In this document: positions 48,395 to 62,239 of the stretch, piece by piece
Numbering within the stretch: position 1 is the first letter of the stretch
How the letters are laid out: each line of letters begins with the position of its first letter
NCBI RefSeq assembly: GCF_036321535.1
Contig: NC_087436.1
Span: forward strand, 121,770,001-121,834,000
DNA from: Camelus dromedarius
Lineage: Eukaryota
DNA: 64,000 nt
Direction of reading: 5' to 3'
Notes under the pieces: generated by a model
What the model saw: the letters and a program-made list of their open reading frames with translations, nothing else
What the model was told of the DNA's origin: nothing
Databases searched by the model: none
Program-made: the position numbers and the translations under genes

Positions 48395-50054
48395 CTGGAA
48401 CAGAAAAAAAAAAAATCATTTTCAAAACATGATCCACAAAGTCAGAATCATTAAAAAACATTACATATAGTTCTAAAATTATAACGCACATGTGTATTTA
48501 TACAGAAAAGCATCAAATGGGGAATTTGTTGAATAAAACCATACCTGGTGTTCTAGAAACTCATAATACATACTTCAAATAAAAGAGTAATGCTGCAAAA
48601 ACCATCTAAGTAGGAGTCAAAAAGCTGTCCAATTAACCCCTTTGCCTAGACTTCTGTAGTACTTCCTCCCACATGCTGGAAAGTGTCCGTCTCAGTTCTC
48701 AGACTGAGAAAGCATCAGGACCTTCTTTGTTTTTTTACCATCAACAAAGTTCAAAGCCACTATTCTAGAGACGGCGGCAAATGAGCACTACGGCCTGAGT
48801 CGGCAATTCTGGCTTAAGTGCACCTGCAGGTCCTGACCACCTCTGAGGTGAGATGTCCAAGTTCCCAGAGTCAAGATGAACATCCAGGAGACTGACAGCG
48901 GCCACAGAGCCAAGACTGGCCTCCCGTGTAGCTAAATTCAACTCCAGCTACGACTTGGGTCCACTTTTTCAAATGGGTCCTAACCTGCAGGGTGAGGGTG
49001 GGGTGGGCGCCTCAGAGGTAGGAGGAAGAGGCAGGACCGTCACCCTACATCCTCTCTCAAAGCTCATCAGCCACCCTGCCAGAAAAGTAAGATTAGCTTC
49101 AAAAACGCACCGACAGCTCCCACATTTAAAACAGGCCTAAAGTTACAACGGCAACAAGCAGGGGCCGAGATTTAAATTCAAATCAGCAGGAGCCCAAGAG
49201 GGGTCGTCTGTACCTCAGAGGAACCATCCTGCAAATCCTCAAGAGAGGTTCAAGAAAGGCACACCTGGGCGACAGGTGACAGGGAAGCCAGGCACAGCCT
49301 TCCAGAGGCAGCACAACCCTGGCAAGGTTTCAAGTCAGAGAGCATATACGGGATCAAGCTGCCATGACCCACCTCCACCGCCATCTGGAGCGCCCCCACC
49401 TCGTACACATCAGGTGGGAAGCTGGACCAGGACACAGGCCAATGCTCTTCTGGCTGGAACGCCGCCCAGAGCCCCCTCAGCCCTCCCCAGCCAGCAGCCC
49501 AGCTCTGCCCTCAGCCCTGGGCTCTGAGGCTCATCCTGCACTTACGGTCACGCAGGCCCGGGCTCTGCCTATTCCCTGGACTACACGGATGCACTTACAC
49601 GACTGGTGCCACAGCCGACAGAATGCTCTCAAGTGGGCCCCCGGCTCTGTCTGCAAAGCCTGGAATGACTAGGTATCAGGTGGCTAACAAGGGGGATGAA
49701 TGAACAAATGAATAAATGAACAAATGAGTGATTAAAAGAATGAAGACAGCACCCCTAAGACGCAAAAGACAGGCATGTATATTCTTAATAAACCAGTAAT
49801 CAAAACTGCTTACACCTGTCACATCCACAGGGTCCCCTGAAGAGAACCAAACCCAGCTCAGCAGCTGACTGAACAGGGCGCAGCAGAAGAGAACTGAGTC
49901 CTCCTGCCCACCGGAGTAGATGTCTTTCTCTGTCCCAACAGATTCAAGATGTCCATCACCGACCAACAGCCACAGCCATCAGACCTTTCCAGGCCTCCTT
50001 TGTGACCCAGGACAGGAGGGGAGGGCTCTAAGGTTACAAAGCTCCTTGGGTCAG

Positions 50055-50200
50055 CATCCATTCATCTGTCTGCCCATCTGTCTATCCATCCAGTGTTTAC
50101 TGGGAGCCCACCAGTGTACAGGTCCAGACACTGAAGACACAGTGGTGAACAAAACAAAGATCCCTGATCTCAGAGAGCTAATATCCTCGTCAAGGACAAA
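50055..50200 (-). mobile_element. L2 3'-end relic (similar relics near 32100-32450 and 47070-47220)
   Basis: catccattcat...cagtgtttactgggagcccaccagtgtacagg...actgaagacacagtggtgaacaaaacaaagatccctgatctcagagagct is a typical L2 tail. Confidence 0.6.
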
Positions 50201-51859
50201 GACAAGGTAAAAAACACAGAACACTCAACAGTGGTAACTGAGACACGGAAAAACACAGAGCAAGACTTTAGGTGTCTGCGGCTGGGGACGGGGCTCTTTC
50301 TTCACCGTGACCGTCAGGGGCCTTCCTGAGACATCTGAAGTGCAGGGCTGCAGATACGGGCGTTCCTGAGAGCAAGCACAAGGGCCCTGGGGCAGAAGCC
50401 TAGCAGGAGGCGGCGGAGGAAAGGGACGGGGAGCCAGGCATGGCTGACAGGGTGCGGGGTGTGTGCGGGGAAGGAAGGGGTAAGGAGAGCAGGCTGACGC
50501 TCCCTGCGCCCTCAGAGTGAGGTGGCAGCGAGGGCCGCTGTGAAGGCAGAGCTCTGCCATGGCACCAGCCACCAGGGTGGGAGAGGAGGTGCAGGGACGG
50601 CTCCACAGAGCCCGGGCTGAGTGCGGGAGCCACCCCGCGGCGGGGAGACCTCTGCCATCAATCCTGGAAAGCCGCTGCCCACAAGGCCTCCTGCCATCAG
50701 ACAGCGGCAAGGATGGCAGCAGAGCAGCAAGCGCAGACAGAGCCGCTGCAGCAGGAAGCACTCCTCCTCCGCGAGGCGGTGAGGCTGCCAAGGCTGCGCA
50801 GTGGGGCAAGGAGGATGTGCTTCAGCGAGGCCCGAGTGCTCAGGAGAAACAAAGGAAAGACGGCCGGTGCGCAGGCGGCCCGGGGCAGGACAGAGGCCGG
50901 AGCTGGAGCGGCCGCAGCAGGAAGGCTGGCGGGGCCGGTCACCCATGCTGTGTGCCGACAACGAGGCTGAAGATTTTCCAACTGTTGTGTGAAAAATGAA
51001 CTCTGGGAGGGTCACAGTGTAAGTGAGGATGTTCCAGACTTTTCCAGGCAGTGCTGGGCACAGGTGAGCTGCAGAAAGCAGAGCCATCAGACTCACGGGA
51101 CTGTGTGCTGGACCCAGGGTGTGACTGGGTGGGCCTGGCTGCCCACGCGGTGGACGTGCCACCAGCAGACGCTGGACACGGGCCAGGCTGAGGCAGAGGC
51201 AAGAACCAAAGGTTTGCTCTGGGTGTTGTACGAGTGAAGTGAGTGTTACCCACCGACACAGCGTGGGGGGTTGTTTTGAGCTTTTGTGCAAATAAAATAC
51301 TTGGGGAGTAGGGTGCAACTGGCCACAGAATGTGGGATCACCATACATACAGGTTATGCACAGCCACAGAGCGGGACGAGATGGCCCACAGAGAGGGTGG
51401 ACAGTGTCCTATAGGAAGGCCAGTGCGCTCAAGAGTGCGGCCAGCCCTCCCTAGGAGGTGAGACTACTGTGCAAACCTCTTTCAGACACAGCAAGTTAAC
51501 AGGCGCTGCACACACATGCTCACTCAACGACACTCGACTAAAATGCAAGTGACCACATGGTCACTCTCCTGCAATTAAGCGTGAGGTACAAATACAAATC
51601 CCGCTAGTCCTCTTAAGAACACTTCAGAGCTGCACTCAAGTATAACTGAGGAGCAGTAAGGGGAAAAGACCTCAAGTACGCGCCTGGAACAGTTCTGAGG
51701 CACTGACAGACCCTGTGGACACCATGCGACCATCAGGATGATGAGCGCCACGCCAGCTCCCAAGTGTCCTTGCGCCCCTCTGTGCCCCTTCTCCTCACTT
51801 CCTCTCCCAACCCTACGCACTCCCAGGCCACACCGGACTGAGCTCTGTCTCTGCAAATT

Positions 51860-54800
51860 ACTGTGCTGCTTCTAGAGTTGTGTGTCCACAGCACCGCACA
51901 ACACAACTCTCTCTTGTCTGGTTTCTTTCACCGAGTGTCATATTTGGAGATGATTCCTGTGTGTACAATGAGTTTGTTCCTTTTTTTTTTATCACTGAGT
52001 AGTACTCCCCAGGGTGGGTAAGCCGCAACTTGCTCATCCATTCTCCTGTCTGGAAACATTCAGGTTACTTCCAGTTTTCCACTGTTACAAACAAGAGCTT
52101 TAGCTGCTATTAATACTCATGTACACGTCTTGCTGTGGACACGTGCTTTCGTTTCGCTTACACAAATACCAAGGAATAGAATGACTGGGTTGTCTGGTAG
52201 GTGCATGTCTAACTTTTATGAAATTGCCAAACTTCTCCCAAAGAGCAGTGCTGAGGACTTCCAACCAACCCATCAATGGCTGCACTGCTTTAGCTGAAGC
52301 CACTGTGGTAAGTGTGTAGTGTTGTCTCAGTGTGGCTTCCCTAATAATATGTTAATTATCTTTTCGGAGCCTTAGGGTGGTGTCTACTCAAATTTTTGGC
52401 CTGGTTCATCAATTTTATTGTTCTTATAACAACCAGCATTTGGTGTCATGGATTTTCCATATTTAAAAATTTTTTGCTTTGTTGACTTTTGCTTTTATGT
52501 TATTTCCTTTCTTTGGGTTGCTCTAGGCATAACTGGCTCTCTGATGTTCTACTTTAAGGTGGCAGCATAGGTAATTGAGCCCTTGATCTTGCTTGAAGAG
52601 GTAGTTAATGCTGTAAATTTCCCTGTTTAGCACTGCTTTGGCTGCACTTTACAGAGTTTGATGCGTTGCATTTTCATTCTCATTCAGTTCAAAATACTTT
52701 CTAATTTCCCTCTTGATTTCTTTGACTCACAGGTTGTTTAAAGTGTGGTTTTAGTTCCCAAACACTTGTAGTTTTCTAAATATCTTTCTGTTACTGATTT
52801 TTAAAAAATATAGTTCTGCTGTAGTCAGAGAGGGTACTTTGTACAACATTAATTCTTCCTAATTTATCAGTACTTTGCTATGGCCCAGAGTTAAGGGCTA
52901 CTGCAGTAAATGCTCACTCTGCTTACAGGAACGTGCCCGTGTGCTGATGTCACCGGGTAGAGCGTTCTGTAAATGTCTCTAAGGTCCCGCTGGCTGGTGG
53001 TGTCATGCAATGACTTTCCACTTACTTTTTCTATGAATTACTGAGAGAGGCAGTAAAATTTCCAATCATAATTACGGATTTGTCTATTTTCCCTTGATGT
53101 TCTAGCAATTCTTCCTCCACATATTGTGAAGCTTTGTTACCAGGTGCAAAACTGTTCAGGATTGTTACGCCCTCTTCATGAACTGCCCCCGGCATCAGCA
53201 GGACATGACTTTCTTCACCCTGGTAAGGTTCTCTGCGCTGGTGCTGATTTGTCTGATACTGATACAGCCACTTCCCCTTTCTCTTCAAGTAAGCTGTGCA
53301 TGTCTTTCTCTGACTTGACTCTTAGCCCACTTGAACTTCTGCATTTGAAGTGAGTTACCTGCAGAAGGCATATATTTGGGTCTTGCTCTTTTCCCCAGTC
53401 TCACAACCTCTTTAAATTGGGACATTTAGACCATTTACGTTAAACACGACTGCTGGCATGCTTATTACACCCACCATCTTAGTCTCTAGTTTCTAGTGAT
53501 ACATTTGTTTTTTGTCCCCTTTTTCTTCCTTTTTTAGAGGTAAAAAATTGAGTAATTTTTTATGATTCCTATGTCACCTCCTTTGTTGGCTTGTGAACTC
53601 TCTTCTCTTTGCAGCGGTTGCTTCGGTGTGTACAGTGTACATCTCACCTTGTTGCAGGGAGCCATGAAGTAAGACTGCATCACAAACCTTAAGAATCTTA
53701 CGCTTCCCCTCTCCTGGACCTTCTGCATGCCACACCCTTTACATCTACGTAAAGACCTCGTAATTCACTGCCACTTTTGCCTCAGCAGACAATTATATTC
53801 TAAAGTAATTCTTAAAAAGTGACCTGTATCTTCACAACTTCGAGTGCTCTTCCTTCGTTTGTCTAGATTCAGATTTCCACCTTGTGTCGTTTTTCTTCTG
53901 CCTGAGGGCTTCCTTTAACATTTCTTGCGATCCCCTCGTCAAGCACTTGTTCAGCTTTTTATGTCTGAAAAGTCTTGATTTCATCTGCATTTCTGAAGGT
54001 ATTCTTGCTGGTTTAGTATTCTAAGTTATGTTTTGTCCCTGTCACCACTTTAAAGCTGTCTTTATCTTCTGGCTTGCAATGTCTCCCACGAGAAGCCTGC
54101 TATTAGCCCTATGGTTCAATATATAAGGTCTCTTTTTTCTCTAAATCGTATTTAAGTCTTCTTTTAATCACTGTTTCCCGCAACATAGCCATGGCGTGGC
54201 TTGGTGTAGTTCTCTTCATCTTTCTTGTGCCTGAGGCTCACTGAACTTCTTTAACTTCTGGCTATATAGTTTTCACCAAATTTAAACATTTTTCATCCAT
54301 TGTTCTTTCAAATATATATATTTATATATTTATAAATACACATATTTATATATGCATTTTCTCCCCCATCCCCACTCTTCCCTTCAGTGACTCCAATTAT
54401 ACATACCATGTAGTATGCTGTTTAAAGTCGTTTCACAACTCACTGATGCTCTGTTCTTTATTATTATTGAAGTACAGTTAGTTTACAATGTTTTGTTAAT
54501 TTCTGGTGTACAGCACAGTGATTCAGTTCCGTTTTATATATATATATAAATTCTTTTTTGTATTCCTTTTCATTATAAGTTATTCCAAGATATGGAATAT
54601 AGCTTCCTGTGCTGTACAGTAAGAACTTGTTTATCTATTTTATATATAGTAGTTTGTATCTGTAAATCCCAAACTCCCAATTTATCCCTCCACCCTCCTT
54701 TCCCTGCTGATAACCATAAGTTTGTTTTCTACATGATGCTCTGTTCTCTTTTTCAAAAGTTCAGGCTTCATCTCTTCCATGGTTCTTCGACAGTTTCTAT

Positions 54801-55250
54801 TGCTACCTTTTCAAGTTCACTAATCTTTTCTTCTTCAATGTCAAATCTGTTGCTAATCTTCATATAATACATTTCTCACCTCAGACTGTAGTCTGCAACT
54901 ATAGATGCTCATTTGGGTTTTCTCACAGCCTATGCTTCTTCCTAGTACACTCGTGCTCTCCTCTGTCCTCCTGAGCACACAGGACACAGCCGTAACTGTT
55001 AGTGTTCCTAATAACTCTGCTGCACGTGTTACTTTTGAGTCTGTTTCTACACACCGATTTTGCTCCTCAGGGTGGACTGCACTTTCTTGTTTCTTCCGCG
55101 GCATGCCTGGTCGTGTGTGACTAGATAAGTCAGGTGCTAGGTCCTATTTTACTCCTTCAGATATTTCTGAGCTTTGTTGTGGGCCACGGTTAGGTAATCT
55201 GGGCAGAGTCTGGTTCTCTGAAGGCTTGCTTGTAAGCTTTGGGAGGCAGG
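51860..55250 (-). mobile_element. Old LINE-1 remnants (3' region, ORF2 endonuclease region, ORF1), sense to FAM193A
   Basis: T-rich plus strand. Track ORF 53031..53288 (GAVHEEGVTILNSFAPGNKASQYVEEELLEHQGKIDKSVIMIGNFTASLS) resembles the L1 endonuclease. Boundaries approximate. Confidence 0.8.
54458..54733 (-). mobile_element. Short cetartiodactyl/camelid-type L1 3' terminus nested in an older L1
   Basis: Same 3' UTR family as the copies at 11289-11860 and 46337-46911. Perfect 14-bp TSD tgatgctctgttct at 54444-54457 and 54734-54747. Confidence 0.9.
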
Positions 55251-58200
55251 ATCAGAGCACCTCTAACCTTGCCCACCGCCGAGGCAATACCATCCTGAGC
55301 ACACACTGGCTGGTGGGAACACCAGCTGTTTGGGACCCCGTATGAGCTCCAAGGATTGCTCCACTACTCACACCCAGGGTTCTTCCCTCGGGCTCAGAGT
55401 TTCTACACATGCACGTGCTCATCGGCACCCAGGGGAAGGCCTGAGGGGAATGTGTGTTTCTCCAGAGCCCTGTTTTTCTCTTTGCAGCGCTCTCTCTTCT
55501 GTGGCACCCTGCCCTGCAGATTCACTGGCCTCCTCCAACTCTCAGCTTGGTCTCCTCAACTCAAGGAAACCACCAGGCTGTTTGGGCCGCTCCTCCTTCT
55601 CCGACAAGCCATGACCTGCAGACTCTCTCCAGGCAGAAAGTCTGGCCAGTCCTAGGGCTCGCCTCGTTTATTTTCCCTCATGGATCACTGCCCTGTGCCG
55701 ACTGTTATCCAACGTTGGAAACCTGGGGTGTTCTGTCCTTCCCTTGGGTGTTTAAGGGAGGAGGAGAAATCAAATCCAACTACGCTGATTATAGTACCAG
55801 TTCTAAAAAGTACCAGAATGAACATAACTAAACAAGTGTTGTCCTCCAAATCCTACACACACACAGGTAGATAAAGTATATCTATATTAATATATGAAAT
55901 ATACATATATAAGTGTACATATACACATACACACACAAATGTGAGGGACCAAAGTAACCAAGAACAATTTCCGCAGGAGTATGTGCGTATTCCTAGGACG
56001 GCAATGTTGCTGAGAGTACTTGAAAACATCACCAGCAACTGAGCCCCACACCTACGGTGTAAACTACTTTAGCCTCTTCTGAGTGAACGGGTTTCCACTC
56101 TCAGGTAGAAGCTGTCACTTGTGGCCAGCATTTGTGTGTAACAAAAGACAGCAAATCACAGTACTCATTTTCTTACTAAGCCTATACTCCAGTTCATAAA
56201 GTAATCTCTAAAAAGAAATTCCAAATTCAACATGAAAAACTCAGACTTACTATTTAAAGACTTTACAGGGAAACTTCTTACAGACAAAAAGAAAACGTGG
56301 CATTTCGGGCATTAAAATCACTAAAAGCAATAGCTTCTCAGGTGACAGTGGCACATCTCAGATCATACAGCCCAGTGAAGGCTGAAAGCCAGGGTTCTCA
56401 TGTACACAGTACACGAAACCAACCATCTCCCGCCCAGGACACTACACAATTATCCCCTCCTGACTGGTCCCCAGCCTGCAGGTCTGTCTGCTTTCTGCGT
56501 ATCTTCTACCTCCTGTCAGGAAGATCTGTCAAACTACACATGTGAGTGGAACCTTCCTCTGCTTTGAACCCTTCAAAAGTTCCCCCTGCCTGAAAGGATT
56601 GAGCATGACATAGAAGGCCCTTAGTCACTTAGTCTCCACGTTGTTACCCAGTTAAAACTCCTTCCAATTCTCCACCCCTGTCCCATTCAACCGTGGGCTG
56701 CAGTACATGCCACTTCCCACCCTGAAGCACCACCCCCCTCCTCCACCAGGCAACTGCTCGGCGTCCTCCCAAACCCCACGGTGGCATCATTCTTTTCCTT
56801 GAATTCTGCCCTCCTCCAGCACACTCCCTACCCCTCAGCCAATACAAGCCACCATGTGGCTAATTACTCAGCTCCTGTAAACCTCTGTGCTTACACATTC
56901 CCTTATGTTTTCACATCGAGTTCCAAAAAGCACCCAGCAGACAGCAGGTATCTAGTAAATGCTCACTGAAGGAACTGAAATGACTAGTTCAAATCAGTAA
57001 CTCACATTCTGTCTCCTCTAACTACAACTTTCCTTCCTTATTTCACGCACTATCTTTTGCCAGCGACCGGTGCTGAAGTCCAGGAACGTGTGGTCATCCC
57101 GCTGCTGCTTTCCCGAGCTCCGCCTTCCCACAGCATACGCAAGCTCCACGAGCAAGTGGCACTGCCTGAGAAATAACCACTAACACTCATATTTAAGTTC
57201 CCTTCTAACTGGTTACCAAAAACTTGACAACAGAATCGTATCATCAGTTAAATGCAAAATTACCTTACGTATTTAGTGCTTTGTAATATATAATTTATGC
57301 AGCCTTACAGAGCACACATTTAGTAACTTACAGATTTCAAAGCTGTCCCCTGGAAATTCAGTAAAATTCAATAAACACTAATTATTGATTCTGTCTTATT
57401 ATATTATTATAGTATCCTTTTTATAGCTAATGTGAAAATGAGTTTTCTTTAGGATTTTTCATTTTAGTTTACATATTTAAAAAAATAGAGAAAGCCTAGA
57501 GGAAACTGCAACCATTTTTCCTTACTGCTGCAGGTTAACCTCCTGAATTTGCCCAGTCATTAACCACCAGTGGTTCTACAGAAGTAAATGGGGTGGCTTT
57601 GTGCATTAATGAAGGCATAGTGGTTTTTGCTGTCTGCCAGAATTATGGTTATTTAGAAAGGTTTTACGCATGTAACTGTTATTAGCACGGTTTCCCCAAA
57701 CAAATGTAGTTGTGTGTAAGTCCAATAAACAATGTAATTACTGTATGTTTTGATGCTACTTATCTGGAAGAAGGTCAACGTCTAAGGAAGCCTCAGCACA
57801 AGTCCGGACACCAGGGCAAGTTCAGTATCACTGCTCCGTCACCTGCCAGCACGGCCACCCACCCACTTATGTATTACAAGAGATTTCAGGTTTCTGCGGT
57901 CAAGCTCCACGTGGCAAGAGAAACAGAACTTGAACTTATTAACAGCAGCAAGTCAGACAGTTGAAAGACTGACGGCCCTGGAAATATGTATTTCTTACAT
58001 GCCTCTTCACCAGTCTTTAAAATACAACCAATCGATTGCAGTAAAAAGCTGGAATCAGAGAACTGCTACCTTCTCAGACTTCAGTCTGCATCCCTCATAA
58101 ACCTAAAGGCACCTGAAAATCACAGTAACCAGTCATTTTGTACAGGATGTTAACAGTCTTTACAGCAATACCCAGGGGGAAGGGGAAAAAAAATGTAAAT

Positions 58201-59114
58201 AGAACAGAGGCTGGGAAAAGATTTTAGTCAGAGACCCTGAATGTGAAAGCCACATTTGAAGACTGAATGACCTGAAGTAATTCCAAAGGCAGCCATTCAC
58301 ATGGTGGGTGAGCCCCAGTCATCAACACGGCCCTGCTGACACAAGCAGCGAGGCCAGGGGTGGTCCCCTGCATCCACCCCCCCCCCCGCCACCATCACCA
58401 CCACACACTCAGCACAGAGAGGTGGCTGGCCCAAGGACAAGCAAGCCAGGGGCTAACCAGGGGCCTAGAACACCATCGGCCTCAGATGGTGCTGGCCTTC
58501 TGCAGGTCCCCTACTTCCCACAACATAGAGATGGCAACGCTCCGTCAGTCTCCAAGGTTGCTACTAAAACTGGTATGGCCCAAGACATTCACAAGATTGG
58601 GAGATGAGTTGGGGCCACGGGAGGGGTAAGAGTGTGAGGAACAGGGAGGGTGCCTCTGGGCAGGAGCTGGACAGGAAGGGGAGAAGATGCAGGCATCAAG
58701 CCCGGGGAAGGCGGAGCAGAGCTGACAAAGAGCCACGGAAGCAGGCACACATGGGCGGCAGGATGAGGTGGCAGGGCTGCGCACGCCTCATCAGGGGATC
58801 CTGGCCAGAGGAGCAGGCGCCTGTCAAAGCATGTAGTCTCCTTGGGTCTCATAAGGGGGACACTCTGCAAACATTTAAAGACTACAACAACACTTGGTGC
58901 TGAGAGAAGGAAGGAAGACAGGTGTACTACATACTGCTGAGGGGGGCATGCAGGGCCAACAAGCTTTCTGGAAAACAGCTTGGCACTGTGTTTCCACAGG
59001 CTCCCAGCCATCTGCCTGCACCTGTGCCACTAGGCATCTCCCCCTATGTGGGCCTCCTCACTGGGGGGAAGCCTTCTGCTTCGGCACCAGATCCTGCCAA
59101 GATGCCCTTCAGAA

Positions 59115-59660
59115 GGTGATGGATAAATACACTGTGGTACCTCCAGACAGTGGAATATTATTCAGCACTAAAAAGAGATGAGCTATCAAAGCATGAAAAG
59201 ACACAGAGGAACCTTTAATGTATATTCCTAAGGGAAAGAACCCCATCTGAAAAGGCTGTATGATTCCTGTATGATTTCCTATTCTGGAAAAGGCAAAACA
59301 CTGCGGACAGTTTAAAAATCAGTGGTTGCCAAGGATAAGAGGGGAGGGAGTGTGCACAGGAAGAATACAAAGGATGTTTAGGGCAGTGAAAAGACTCTGT
59401 AAGATACTGTAATGTTGGATATATGTCATTATAAATTTGCCTAACCCCAAAGAATGTACAACACCAAGAGTGGACCCTGATGGAAACTACGGACTGGGTG
59501 ATGATGACATGTCAGTGCAGGTTCACTGACTGTGACAAACGGACACCACAGTGGGATACTGACTTTGTGGGAGGTTGTACATGTGTGAGGGTATGTGAGA
59601 ACTTTCTGTATTTCCTGCTGAATTTTTCTGTGAGCCTAAAACTGCTCCAAAAAAATAGTC
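59115..59660 (+). mobile_element. L1MC-like 3' end
   Basis: Clearly homologous to 38845-39345 (atgagctatcaa...catgaaa; agaatgtacaacaccaagagtg...aaactacggact; tctgtgagcctaaaactgctc). Confidence 0.8.
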
Positions 59661-59679
59661 TATTAAACAACCCCCTCAG

Positions 59680-59865
59680 AGACAGGTGAATTCTACAGCA
59701 TTTTATTTAACTCAGTATACCCACAATATTATCATATTAAAGGTAACCAATATAAACTCTTAGTGAGATATTTTATATTCTTTTTTCATACTAGGTCTTC
59801 AGAATGTGGGGTGTATTTCACGCTTAAAGCACCGGTGCTCAGTGGCCACACGCGGCCGGGTGCGC
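59680..59865 (+). mobile_element. MER33-like hAT MITE, partial
   Basis: acaggtgaa...ttttatttaactcagtatacccacaatattatcat...gagatattttatattcttttttcatactaggtcttc...gtgctcagtggccaca matches MER33 as I recall it. Confidence 0.7.
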
Positions 59866-60647
59866 CATGCTGAAGGCTGCAGACCCGTGCGCCTCTCCAA
59901 CCCTCTCCTTCCAGCAGGGCTTCTGCTCCCCACTGGCCCTCCAGCATCGCACTGGGCCCATCACCAGACGGCATGGGGCTCACCTCCCCCTACTTGATGT
60001 TCTTTCTTCAACTGCCCCCTCGGCCATCACACCTCCTGGTTCTTCTGAGAACCCGCTCCAAACCCAGATGTTGTGACTGAGCAAAGATGGCACATGCACT
60101 TCTCGGGACCAGGACTCCCGACTGCAGGAGCAGTTCCAGGCTCACTCCTCACTCTCTCTTCATAGTCTGAGCCTCAGGCTCCTGGCAGGGTCCTTGTTTC
60201 AGACAAGATATTGTCCTTCCCTCCCTGGCAACTTTCAAGGGAGAAGAGCTGAAGAGAATGCCTTCCCCTCGGGCCTGTAAACTGGGGTGGTGCCTGCAGG
60301 AGGTACAGGAAGAGGGCTGGCTGAACTCCCGCTTCAAGGCCCAGCTACGTCCTAATGAGCATCAGAAAACAAACTTTCCTAAAAACAGGAGCTCCAGAAG
60401 CTGAAAGGGCTGGCCAGCTGGTGACATAAGGAGTCCTCGAGCCCAGCGCTGTCCTGACAGAAGGAACCGCTTCATCCCCATCCAGTCAGAAGCACAGACA
60501 CCGTCTCCTCTGCATCAAGTGGCCCAGAAGCCACGGACACCCCATGAGCACTGGGCACCACAGTGCCGGGGGGTGGGGGGCTCCAGGGGATGGCGTTCCA
60601 CCTGCACCCGACAGACTCCACCCAAGACTGGGGCCCCTCCCTCCAGC

Positions 60648-61398
60648 CCCTTGTGCACTGTTGGTGGGAATGTAAATTGGTGCAGCCACTATGGAAGACA
60701 GTCTGGAGGTTCCTCAAAAAAATTGAAAACAGAGCTACCATATGATCCAGCAATTCCACTTCTGGGTATTTATCTGAAGAAAACAAAAACACTAACTGAA
60801 AAAGATACATGCATCCCATGTTCACTGCATTGTTATTTACAATAGCCAAGATATGGAACAACCTAAGTGTCCGTGAATACATGAATGCATAAAGAAGATG
60901 TGACATATATACACAGTAGAGTATTACTTGGCCATAAAAAGGAATGAAACATGGATGGACTTTAAGGGCATTACGCTAAATGAAACATATCAGAGAAAGA
61001 CAAATATTGTATGATCTCATTCATATCTTGAATTCAAAACAAACAAAATTAAGCTCATCCAAATAGAGAGCAGACTGGTGGCTACCAGATGTAGGGGATG
61101 GAGGATAGACAAAATGGGTGAAGAGGGTACCAACTTCCAGTTATAAAATAAACAAGTTACGGAGAAGTAATGTACAGCACGGCAACTAGTTAACAACACT
61201 GCACCGTGTATTTAAAAGTTGCTAAGAGAACAGATATTAAAAGTTCTCTTTTAAGGAAAAAAATTCTGTAACTATTGTATGGTGATGGACGTTAACTAGA
61301 CACACTGTAGTGATCATTTTACAGCATACACAACTATCAAGTCATTATGTTGTACACATAAAATTAATATGCTTTATGTCACACCTTAATTTTAAAAA
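60648..61398 (+). mobile_element. L1 3' end (L1MA-like)
   Basis: Track ORFs [25 protein letters not shown] and [17 protein letters not shown], followed by a full 3' UTR-like tail. Confidence 0.88.
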
Positions 61399-61474
61399 TT
61401 TTAAGAGCAAAATCAAAAGAAATATTAGATAGCTTTAAGCTAATCCCCAAACTAACACAAGACTAGACATATAC

Positions 61475-61785
61475 ATCCAACTTGGTAGCCACTGGCCACA
61501 TTTGGCTACTGAGAACTTGAAATGTGACAAGTCCAAACTGAGATGTGCCAAAGTGTAAAATACATACCAGATTTCAAAGACAGTGTGAAAAAGGGAGAGT
61601 AAATATCTCGGTAATAATTTTTATAATGATTCCATGTTGAAATAATTTTGTGGTTACTTGGGCCACAAAGTGAAAGACACTACATAAAATTGATTATACC
61701 GATTTCTTTTTACTTTTATCATACAGTTACTGAAAATTTTACAGTTACATACGTGGCTTACATTCCATTTCTATCGGGCAATAAT
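61475..61785 (-). mobile_element. MER33-like hAT MITE, near full length
   Basis: tccaacttggtagccactggccacatttggctactgagaacttgaaatgtg...gtggcttacattccatttctatcggg is the reverse complement of MER33 as I recall it, and is homologous to 59680-59865. Confidence 0.75.
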
Positions 61786-62239
61786 GGGCTGGAGTATCAC
61801 TATGTCCCCTTTTCCCCATCTTCTGTGAGTGCTAGTAAATAAAATATCCAACACTGGGCATAGAAGGAAAGGAAGCCAAAAGGAATTATTCATTTACAAA
61901 TAGGAAAAAGAACAGCTAGAAAACTAGAAGTTGACTACATCTGACAACAACTATATATACTATGTTTTAAACCCAGAAGTCTTTGAACACAGAAATGTAG
62001 AGCATGAATAGTTTTTTTCAAAACACCAAACTTAGACAAAATATCTGCAACAGAGGAAATATAGACCAATTCCTAAATACATACAACAGCTGCCAATCAT
62101 CCCAACAGTCCTGCATGGTTACTAAGCGGAAACTGAAGTATGGAGTTTAAGAGACTTGTCCAAGCTATTAAGTATCAGAGCAAGGAGTCAAATCCAGGCA
62201 AGCCGGCTCCAGACCACTGGAGGGTGTGCTGTGAGCGTG

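Noticed and set aside
50225..51348. 194-aa and 278-aa minus-strand ORFs upstream of exon A as extra FAM193A exons or a nested gene
   Set aside because: No match to the FAM193A N-terminus as I recall it, no convincing splice-site pair, and overlapping ORFs in many frames due to high GC.
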